From Vibrio phage JSF10, in the sequence record KY883654.1: a stretch of 32,000 bases of DNA; one strand, written 5' to 3'. How positions within the stretch are numbered: position 1 is the stretch's first letter; the number at the start of each line of letters is the position of its first letter. Under the pieces are notes generated by a model. That model did not search any database. It was not told where the DNA came from and was given only the letters and a program-made list of their open reading frames with translations. The position numbers were made by a program, and so were the translations under genes. Shown in pieces: positions 25,827 through 32,000 of this stretch.

Positions 25827-26210
25827 ATGATTTACCAATCTATAACTGAACCTGTACCAGTAGACCAACTACCTGTCCTACCTTCGTGGGCGGTCTGGAC
25901 TAAGGAACCACCAATCAGTGACTTCTACAAATGCGATCAGACCACCGCCGCAAACGTGCGTCTTTTAAAGGCTGTTACCTTCCTGAAAAATCAGGAACTA
26001 CAATTTCCGATCCTTAACACTATTAGGGGTTATGATGTAGTAGAACAGCACTTTAAAAATAAGGTTGTCACTTACGCCGCCGCTTTTGTCGAAGGTGCGG
26101 CAAACGCTGGGGGACTGTACTATGACGCTAGGCTTCAACTTCTAACGTGGTACGCCATTTTTAACGGTGCGGTATTCCGTAACGGCTATTTAGTGGAGGT
26201 AGGGGAATGA
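25827..26210 (+). CDS. Hypothetical pre-early protein
   Basis: 127 aa, AGGAGG RBS; stop overlaps the next start (ATGA). Confidence 0.7.
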   Translation: MIYQSITEPVPVDQLPVLPSWAVWTKEPPISDFYKCDQTTAANVRLLKAVTFLKNQELQFPILNTIRGYDVVEQHFKNKVVTYAAAFVEGAANAGGLYYDARLQLLTWYAIFNGAVFRNGYLVEVGE

Positions 26211-26590
26211 AAACTACTCTCATTCAGTACCTAGAAGCGATCCTTGTCAATCGCACAACGATTGAACAGATCGACGCCGATATTTTTAGCGGTAAGCTTG
26301 CCCATGACCAATACTTGATCCCGTTAGGGGGCGATCTCTTCTTGGATCGTGACGTTGGTCTATGTGGCAACATGGGGCTACAGGTCACGGAAGAAATGGA
26401 TCTAGGAGGGCTATTCTTTGCCTTTCTAGAATCAAGAGGGCAGGCAAAGTCGCCGTTTCCAGTGTACCATCCTAAAGGTAATCACTTCGCCTATACTAGC
26501 GGAACCTATCCCAAATGGTCGGGCGAGTACGGGAATACTCGCTTCCAATTTGTTGAGAATTTTCTCAATTGGTTAAAGGAGTGTGCTTAA
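26207..26590 (+). CDS. Hypothetical pre-early protein
   Basis: 127 aa, translationally coupled to its neighbours. Confidence 0.7.
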   Translation: MKTTLIQYLEAILVNRTTIEQIDADIFSGKLAHDQYLIPLGGDLFLDRDVGLCGNMGLQVTEEMDLGGLFFAFLESRGQAKSPFPVYHPKGNHFAYTSGTYPKWSGEYGNTRFQFVENFLNWLKECA

Positions 26591-26793
26591 TGAGCTTGCT
26601 AGAAGGTCTACAGGATGTAGCGGAAGCGCTGCGCGAGGGCGCTTACATCCACGCCAGACAGGATCTAGAATCATTGGTCTGTATGGCCAACGATCAAACA
26701 ATCCGTCAATGGTTGGTCAACGCTATCACTAGTGGTGATTGTTCAACCGCGCTAACCTATGTTAGCGCTGCTATACGTAAGCTAGGGGGTTAA
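26590..26793 (+). CDS. Hypothetical small protein
   Basis: 67 aa from the reassigned start MSLLEGLQDVAEALREG (AAGGAG upstream; TAATG overlap with the previous stop). Confidence 0.65.
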   Translation: MSLLEGLQDVAEALREGAYIHARQDLESLVCMANDQTIRQWLVNAITSGDCSTALTYVSAAIRKLGG

Positions 26794-26795
26794 GT

Positions 26796-27041
26796 ATGCT
26801 TACTAACCGTATTATTAGCGCCACCGCCAACGCATATCTAGATGCCGTGGCACGTGAAGTGGATCGGGGGCAGTATCACATAAAATATCGTGGTGTCTTT
26901 GTTGACGATATAATGAAACTTGAGGATCACAGATACGTGATCTATCTAGCCTACCTGAACGATGAAGAGATCCGAACTGAAGGGATGACAGTCGGGGAGC
27001 TAGTTAGCTTAATGGGGGACTTCTCAGTGGTGATAGAGTGA
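26796..27041 (+). CDS. Hypothetical small protein
   Basis: 81 aa, last gene of the rightward operon. Confidence 0.65.
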   Translation: MLTNRIISATANAYLDAVAREVDRGQYHIKYRGVFVDDIMKLEDHRYVIYLAYLNDEEIRTEGMTVGELVSLMGDFSVVIE

Positions 27042-27133
27042 GTTGGCTACTCTTCACTAGTGACCACGGCCTAACTAGCTTCTTCTATATCTGGCTAGGT
27101 TTGTTGGTGGTTGTGGGGATTTATGAAAGTGTT

Positions 27134-27162
27134 ACAGGGTAACGGAAGTTACCCTGTTTTTT
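27134..27162 (+). terminator. Rho-independent terminator of the rightward pre-early operon
   Basis: ACAGGGTAAC-GGAA-GTTACCCTGT-TTTTT; 10-bp perfect stem with tetraloop. Confidence 0.92.
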
Positions 27163-27273
27163 GCCTACTACCTAGAAAGCCCTTACTTTAGTACCTGCCA
27201 AACACTAAAACCTCTCACAAGCGCTTACAGCGCGTTTTAGGGGGTATCAGAGTATCCATCTACCCAATAACCA

Positions 27274-27289
27274 CTGTATATTTATACAG
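27274..27289. promoter_or_regulatory. Near-consensus LexA (SOS) box
   Basis: CTGTATATTTATACAG, 15/16 match to CTGTATATATATACAG, inside the larger palindrome ACCACTGTATA-TT-TATACAGTGGT (27270-27293). Confidence 0.65.
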
Positions 27290-27311
27290 TGGTATAACCC
27301 TGTTAACTACT

Positions 27312-27320
27312 TGTGGATAA
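27312..27320 (-). promoter_or_regulatory. DnaA box (perfect)
   Basis: TGTGGATAA, reverse complement of TTATCCACA. Confidence 0.7.
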
Positions 27321-27327
27321 CCTTGTA

Positions 27328-27361
27328 TAGAGCGTTTTAGAGGCATGTATAAATATACAGT
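27328..27361. repeat. Right arm of the long-range inverted repeat (pairs with 24460-24493)
   Basis: TAGAGCGTTTTAGAGGCATGTATAAATATACAGT; 3 mismatches in 34. Confidence 0.85.
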
Positions 27362-27370
27362 TGTGGATAA
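27362..27370 (-). promoter_or_regulatory. DnaA box (perfect)
   Basis: TGTGGATAA, exactly 50 bp from the first. Confidence 0.7.
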
Positions 27371-27424
27371 CTTTTCGCTATGCAATATCTGTGCCATATT
27401 TTATCCTGCTACCATATCGCGGAA

Positions 27425-27576
27425 GGCTAGACGGATAGAAGTCTGTACGGATAGAAGGCTAGACGGATAGAAGTCTGTACGGATAGAAGGCTAGAAGGCT
27501 AGACGGATAGATGGATAGAAGGCTAGACGGATAGATGGATAGAAGGCTAGACGTCTGGATGGGAGGACGTCTAGAC
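27425..27576. repeat. Modular array of 19 contiguous 8-bp units
   Basis: [GGCTAGAC GGATAGAA GTCTGTAC GGATAGAA]x2, GGCTAGAA, [GGCTAGAC GGATAGAT GGATAGAA]x2, GGCTAGAC GTCTGGAT GGGAGGAC GTCTAGAC. Confidence 0.95.
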
Positions 27577-27602
27577 CGCTGCGCGGGATACCCGTCCCGC
27601 GC
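27547..27602. repeat. Two adjacent hairpin-forming inverted repeats
   Basis: CTAGACGTC-N10-GACGTCTAG (27547-27574) and GCGCGGGA-TACCCG-TCCCGCGC (27581-27602). Confidence 0.88.
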
Positions 27603-27604
27603 CA

Positions 27605-27744
27605 GTGCGAAACCGATGTGCAAAACCGACCCCATTTTACGTGTGCGCCAGTGCAAAACCGAGGTGCAAATCCGATTTTAAATTTTCTGGGGGTGTAGGT
27701 GCAAAACCGATATAGGTGCAAAACTGATATAGGTGCAAAACTGA
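27605..27744. repeat. Seven direct iterons of consensus (G)GTGCAAAACCGA
   Basis: Copies near 27605, 27617, 27650, 27663, 27698, 27715 and 27732. Confidence 0.9.
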
Positions 27745-28107
27745 CACGGGGGTCGCGTCCAAGTTAGCCGCTTGCGGCGTGTAGGGACGCTAGCTGGGGA
27801 TGCTAGTTTGGTGGATACTATTTTGAGGTGTTAGTTGGGGATATTGGCTAAGGTACGTTAGTTTGGAGACGCTAGGGCGGTTTTATTTGTATGGAAGGTT
27901 TAGGCAGTCTTGGTGAGGTTTGGGGCAGACTCATTTTATCTCTGCGCCCCCGGCCATTCGGGCCGGAGCCAGGATTGAATTTTTGGAGTTTTTGGGGGAA
28001 TTTGCTGGTTTTGGTGGGTTGGGGGCAGGGTAGCAGAACTTAAAAATACTTTTTTGCTGTTAGGTGGGGTTAGGGTTGACTTTTGAAATTACAAAAAGGC
28101 CTGAAAT

Positions 28108-28145
28108 CCGCCAGTAAAAACCGCTTCGCGGTTAAAGCATGGCGG
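28108..28145. repeat. Nested stem-loop
   Basis: Outer CCGCCA/TGGCGG (28108-28113, 28140-28145) around inner AACCGC-TTC-GCGGTT (28119-28133). Confidence 0.85.
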
Positions 28146-28152
28146 CAAACAT

Positions 28153-28193
28153 AAAATTGGGTATTTTGAAAATTGGGTATTTTGAAAATTGGG
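28153..28193. repeat. 16-bp tandem repeat, 2.6 copies
   Basis: AAAATTGGGTATTTTG x2 followed by AAAATTGGG. Confidence 0.9.
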
Positions 28194-28282
28194 AAATAGG
28201 AAATTTGGTAAATAAAAATTGAAGAAATGAAAACTGACACGGGGATTTGCCAAAACATGTGCTAAAGCACAAAGCATGGCAT

Positions 28283-28473
28283 AAGTGCTAATTCGATGTT
28301 TGATAAAACGGTAGAAGTGCTAATTCGATATTTGGTAAAATGCTAGAAGTGAAAAATGGTAAGTGATAAAATGCTAGAAATGAAAAATGCTAGAAGTGAA
28401 AATTGGTAGGTGATAAAATACTAGAAGTGCTAATTCGATATTTGGTAAAATGCTAGCAGTGAAAATTGGTAGG
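28283..28473. repeat. Degenerate iteron field AAGTGCTAATTCGATATTTGGTAAAATGCTAG
   Basis: Full copies start at 28283, 28315 and 28425; partial GCTAGAAGTGAAAAATG-type fragments lie between. Confidence 0.88.
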
Positions 28474-28611
28474 AAGCTAGGAAAAGACGGGGTGGGAGTG
28501 GTGGGCGGCTTGTTCATATTAAGGATTAGGATCTTTTCCTTCTCTTTATAGAAGACTCGGAAATTAACGTAAGCTTAAAAATTTTAAATAGACCCTCCCT
28601 TATATCTAGTC

Positions 28612-28724
28612 CAATCTAGGGTGGTTTTGCGAAGGTGACTCAGAATCTTCCTTTCCCCCTGCTTCCTAACGTTCGTAGGGGTCATGGAATCTTGTTCGCC
28701 ATGCTCGCAATCCACCCTAGATTG
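28612..28724. repeat. Inverted repeat with 13-bp perfect arms and 87-bp spacer
   Basis: CAATCTAGGGTGG (28612-28624) and CCACCCTAGATTG (28712-28724); pairing partly continues inward (TTTTGCGA/TCGCAAT). Confidence 0.88.
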
Positions 28725-28774
28725 TTTATATTCATTAACTCTAGATATATTATATCCGATTTTTTGTCAAACCG

Positions 28775-29137
28775 TCAAGCAATTTCTAGTATAGTTTTTA
28801 TTGCTTCCTTGGTGTAGGCAATAGCTTGGCGGAAATCGCTGAAGCTTTGCACGGACTTGTGAAGAAACTTGGCTTGTTCTTTTGTAAGGTCTTTCACTAC
28901 TAGGTGCTTAACTGTCTTATTGAATGTTTTGTAATACTTAGGGTTTTTTGAATACGTGCTGAACCAGCGGAGTTCGCCATTTTCTTCTGTAGTTAGAATA
29001 AAGAAGTAGTGGTCTCTTTTACCCATATTTGTTAGGGCGAATAGTCGATTAATAGTATTACGCTTGATACAGGATTCAAATTCTAGTTTGGGGACTTCGT
29101 AGAGTCCCCCTAAATATCTGAACTTAGTTAATTGCAT
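28775..29137 (-). CDS. Hypothetical protein (probable early gene)
   Basis: 120 aa ORF, strand-consistent with the following gene array. Confidence 0.6.
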   Translation of the reverse strand: MQLTKFRYLGGLYEVPKLEFESCIKRNTINRLFALTNMGKRDHYFFILTTEENGELRWFSTYSKNPKYYKTFNKTVKHLVVKDLTKEQAKFLHKSVQSFSDFRQAIAYTKEAIKTILEIA

Positions 29138-29149
29138 CTTGTATACCCT

Positions 29150-30208
29150 TTAGAATAGCCACTGTTTTGCACTATTGTTTTTAAAGAAGTCTAGGTGTGG
29201 TAATACCTGCGGGGATACTAGCACGTTTAGTTGGTTATACAGATGAATAGCTATATTGGTATAGTTCCATTCATCCTTAACTGGGTCTATATAGAAAGGC
29301 TGTACTGTAGCTACTACCTCTAACAACTTGTCTTCGCCAATTCTATTTATTGCGGTAGCATAAGCATTTCTAGCCTCAATCCATGCATCGACTTTTAGGA
29401 TAATACTGTCGTCACCCTTCTGCATAACGCACTCAGTCAGGCTTTGATGTACAGGCTTATACCCATTCAATTCTAACCTTACTAAATGATTGCCTTCCGT
29501 TGGTAGTTCGTAGATAGGAGGCAGCGCATAGAATGCTAACTGTTTATTAAGATGCTCTCTTACCTCAACTAACCTAGCGAGTTCTGCCTCTGTAGCTTCA
29601 ATGGCTCGTTCAATTAAGTCTAGATCTTCAATAGTGGCGTTTTCTAAGGAAAAGCCAGTTCCTGGCTTGGCTGCTTTACTCTTTTTCCTAGTAGGTGCCT
29701 GCTCCGCCCCCTGTACCCTCTGAGTTTTAGCGGCTACAGGCTTCTCCGTAGTTTCAGCAGGTTTTTCTACATACCTCCTAACCACCTCTATGTGCACCGT
29801 AAGTCCTAGCTTTTCGTAGACGGCTACCACGGCTTCTTTAGGGTCTTTTAAGGTCTGAACAATCTCTTTTGCTTCCTTAGTAAACTCGTCAAACTGCTCC
29901 ACAAACTCCTTCTCCAGAGAGGTGCCTTTAAGATTATCTAATTTTGCTGAATACTTTGGCATACTCTTTTTCAAAGATGAAATAGAGAAGTCCCAGTACT
30001 TTAATCTCATAGCCTTACGTTCTTTGTCAGTTTTATCAGAATACTCTAGTAACCCCATCCAATCCAACACAACACTGTCACGGTAATACTTAGTGTGCTG
30101 CGCTAACAATAAGTATCCTTCTTCGCCTATCTCATCCTCCCCAGCGTTGCACATAGCTAGTTGGAACGTGTTAATTATTTTAACCACTGTTTCTTTTGTT
30201 AATTTCAT
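29150..30208 (-). CDS. Hypothetical protein (probable early gene)
   Basis: 352 aa ORF with a central Lys/Thr/Glu-rich linker. Confidence 0.7.
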   Translation of the reverse strand: MKLTKETVVKIINTFQLAMCNAGEDEIGEEGYLLLAQHTKYYRDSVVLDWMGLLEYSDKTDKERKAMRLKYWDFSISSLKKSMPKYSAKLDNLKGTSLEKEFVEQFDEFTKEAKEIVQTLKDPKEAVVAVYEKLGLTVHIEVVRRYVEKPAETTEKPVAAKTQRVQGAEQAPTRKKSKAAKPGTGFSLENATIEDLDLIERAIEATEAELARLVEVREHLNKQLAFYALPPIYELPTEGNHLVRLELNGYKPVHQSLTECVMQKGDDSIILKVDAWIEARNAYATAINRIGEDKLLEVVATVQPFYIDPVKDEWNYTNIAIHLYNQLNVLVSPQVLPHLDFFKNNSAKQWLF

Positions 30209-30223
30209 ACTTACCTCTATTAA

Positions 30224-30727
30224 TTAAAATAACCCAGTCTTAACATGGACTTTACCAGAATGCCTCCATGTAGGTTCTTTTCCATCAAATTCTGCGAAAG
30301 ACCACTGCCTTCCACAACAACCACAATAATATTCTTTAACAGGTATTGTTTCACGACGCACATGATCGTAGTCGTCAAGGTATTGTTTACCTGAGTCGTA
30401 ATATCTAGTTTGAGCATACACAAGAGAGTCTTCAGTACACTCACATTGTGCTAGTAAATCTTCATATGCCTTAGCTGCGTCTCTATAAGCCTTGGCTGCG
30501 GCTAGAATCTTTAGATAGTGCTCTGCCTGTTGTTCCTCGTGTAAAGTAAGGTTGCCTACTTTATACACCTGCTTGATTTCTTTCTTCATATCCGATTCCT
30601 CAGCAGCTTTAGCCGCTTTTCCAAACTTATACATGGACTTCAGGGCAGGAGCGCTGGCGCGACCTGCCCTAACTTTTTCTATGAAGTTGTCATAGTTTGC
30701 ATGTATTTCATCCTTTCTCTTACTCAT
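30224..30727 (-). CDS. Hypothetical protein with a possible C-terminal zinc-binding segment
   Basis: 167 aa; YYCGCCGRQWSF..WRHSGKVH could contribute metal ligands. Confidence 0.6.
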   Translation of the reverse strand: MSKRKDEIHANYDNFIEKVRAGRASAPALKSMYKFGKAAKAAEESDMKKEIKQVYKVGNLTLHEEQQAEHYLKILAAAKAYRDAAKAYEDLLAQCECTEDSLVYAQTRYYDSGKQYLDDYDHVRRETIPVKEYYCGCCGRQWSFAEFDGKEPTWRHSGKVHVKTGLF

Positions 30728-31092
30728 TTGTAGTTGTCCAATAGTTTAAACAACAACTTGACTTGATATATAACGTTCTTTTCATCAACGTATAGTAGGT
30801 AGAACGAGGCAAACGCAATCTTCAGATTCTCTTCGTTCGAGTAGTCTAGTAAGTTATGCTCAACCTTATTGAACTCTAGCACGTCTCGCATAACGTTCAA
30901 GGCTACTGCTCCAGGATTTTTCTCAAATACCGCTAAATCAATCATTAGTTTGCGAATTTCTTTAGCAATCTCTAGGTCAGCCATCCCAGCCTTACGCAGC
31001 TTATCTCTCACTTCATAGATACTATAGTGAAAACGGTAAAAGGCATAGTACAGCCTCGGTGCAGTGCAGTGACTACGCTTGAAATAGATCAT
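30724..31092 (-). CDS. Hypothetical protein
   Basis: 122 aa, ATGA overlap with the downstream gene. Confidence 0.6.
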   Translation of the reverse strand: MIYFKRSHCTAPRLYYAFYRFHYSIYEVRDKLRKAGMADLEIAKEIRKLMIDLAVFEKNPGAVALNVMRDVLEFNKVEHNLLDYSNEENLKIAFASFYLLYVDEKNVIYQVKLLFKLLDNYK

Positions 31093-31137
31093 ATATTCTC
31101 CTAACCCAAAGGTTATTGTATCTCGTCTTAGCTACTC

Positions 31138-31377
31138 TTACAAGAAGTATTTAAGAAATTTTTGTAAGTCTTCAACGGAATCGAAGGTTAGCGGTTTGGT
31201 AATATCTTCCCCAGATTCGTCAGTAACTACTAGTGTACCTTCTTCAACAACTGCCCGAAATAGGAGGCCTTCGTCACTAACTGCTTCTACCCAATAGCAT
31301 TTGCTATTCATTTGCTCTGGGGAGCTAGACTTAGCCGCTTTCCATATTTCATGGATAATATCTTTAGTACTTAGCAT
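31138..31377 (-). CDS. Hypothetical small protein
   Basis: 79 aa, collinear early-gene cluster. Confidence 0.5.
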   Translation of the reverse strand: MLSTKDIIHEIWKAAKSSSPEQMNSKCYWVEAVSDEGLLFRAVVEEGTLVVTDESGEDITKPLTFDSVEDLQKFLKYFL

Positions 31378-31385
31378 ATGCTACC

Positions 31386-31580
31386 TCACATTACTACTAC
31401 GTCATGCGCTGTTACAGAATAATCCCACCAACACATGTAATCTCTGTCTTTAGCACTTAAAATCTTGACCTTCAGTCTGCCTAGCCTCTCATCCAGCTTA
31501 ACTATTACGTAATGTACCGGATATTCACCGTCCGGGATCATCCGTACCTGCCCAACTTCTAGTTTTCTTGTGTTTTTCAT
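31386..31580 (-). CDS. Hypothetical small beta-rich protein
   Basis: 64 aa, collinear early-gene cluster. Confidence 0.5.
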   Translation of the reverse strand: MKNTRKLEVGQVRMIPDGEYPVHYVIVKLDERLGRLKVKILSAKDRDYMCWWDYSVTAHDVVVM

Positions 31581-31585
31581 TTGGA

Positions 31586-31837
31586 CTACTCATCATCTGT
31601 GTAGGTAGTGTCTAGTTGTTTATTAGGGAACACAATAGTGTTGTCATCTGTAAGCTTAGCAAGTGCTAGAACATGCAGATTATCAGTTTCTAGTGATTTT
31701 AGTAATAGGTACTTACCGCAAGCAGATATTCTTTCTACTTTGGCCAATACAGCAGTGTACCCTAATACGTGGGTGCATCGAATAATATTACCGATCTCAA
31801 TTTTCATAGTATTACCAGTCATAAGTAAATCCTGCAT
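31586..31837 (-). CDS. Hypothetical small beta-rich protein; start at 31837 or 31807
   Basis: 83 aa from the track start; an internal ATG (MKIEIGN) at 31807 would reduce the overlap with the upstream ORF. Confidence 0.5.
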   Translation of the reverse strand: MQDLLMTGNTMKIEIGNIIRCTHVLGYTAVLAKVERISACGKYLLLKSLETDNLHVLALAKLTDDNTIVFPNKQLDTTYTDDE

Positions 31838-32000
31838 CGCCTTCTGCCAAAATAGCCTCGGCCAACTCGCTAAGTAGTGGGTGCATTTCGATAAGTTTGG
31901 CTGTTTCTAGATCCTGTTTGCTAGCCAGTTCTTCATCGTCTTCTAGGATTGTGTCTACCATTCGATAGAGAACGTCAGAGTAACTTACTTTTGCGTAACG
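31812..32000 (-). CDS. Hypothetical protein, partial (N-terminus beyond window edge)
   Basis: Minus frame open from the window edge to TAA at 31812-31814: RYAKVSYSDVLYRMVDTILEDDEELASKQDLETAKLIEMHPLLSELAEAILAEGDAGFTYDW; not in the ORF track. Confidence 0.55.
   Translation of the reverse strand, partial: RYAKVSYSDVLYRMVDTILEDDEELASKQDLETAKLIEMHPLLSELAEAILAEGDAGFTYDW

Noticed and set aside
27459-27721. Minus-strand ORFs over the 8-bp array and iterons (for example SIYPSSLLSIYPSSLLAFYP)
   Set aside because: They simply translate the tandem repeats and carry no RBS or domain-like sequence.
27425-27744. CRISPR array interpretation of the repeats
   Set aside because: Units are 8, 13-17 and 32 bp without unique spacers, and there is no cas gene nearby.
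27980-28045. Possible G-quadruplex in the G-rich plus strand (GGGTTGGGGGCAGGG)
   Set aside because: Only three close G-runs of at least 3; a fourth needs a long loop. Kept only as part of the general G-skew of this block.
28070-28277. Two overlapping minus-strand ORFs (62 aa each)
   Set aside because: Cover the nested hairpin and 16-bp tandem repeat; translations are repetitive (FPIFKIPNFQNTQF).
28635-28817. Plus-strand 60-aa ORF between the inverted repeat arms
   Set aside because: Spans the repeat arm and the 3' end of a convergent gene; no RBS.
31608-31877. Plus-strand 89-aa ORF
   Set aside because: Antisense to two overlapping minus-strand frames that fit the collinear early cluster.
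1-32000. tRNA genes, which many T5-like phages carry
   Set aside because: No cloverleaf or conserved TTCRANY-type arm noticed in the intergenic regions; a tRNAscan-SE run would be needed to exclude them.

Overview
This window reads as part of a T5-like (Demerecviridae-type) siphophage genome, probably infecting a Vibrio-like or other gammaproteobacterial host. That assignment rests on protein motifs and remembered T5 sequences; no search was run. Four blocks are visible. (1) 1-17923, minus strand: a late morphogenesis module (terS, terL, HNH, portal, S78-type protease, HK97-type capsid, head/tail completion, tail terminator, pb6-like tail tube with C-terminal Ig domain, tail chaperones, tape measure, pb9-like Dit, pb3-like hub). 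(2) 18070-19944, plus strand: a single gene in the position of the T5 receptor-binding protein, followed by a 97-bp direct repeat and a strong terminator. (3) 20263-27041: two divergent clusters of mostly small genes, including a HAD phosphatase and an A1-like metallophosphatase, which resemble a T5 pre-early region. (4) 27042-28770: about 1.7 kb without credible genes, packed with modular repeats, hairpins, two perfect DnaA boxes and a near-consensus LexA box, followed by probable early genes. The best candidate for an undescribed system is the pre-early/non-coding block: a putative first-step-transfer (injection stop) region studded with host-factor sites, an rRNA-like boxA at the start of the leftward pre-early transcript, parS-like palindromes, and a rightward operon of unrecognised small proteins, one extremely acidic, flanked by inverted LexA-like repeats.
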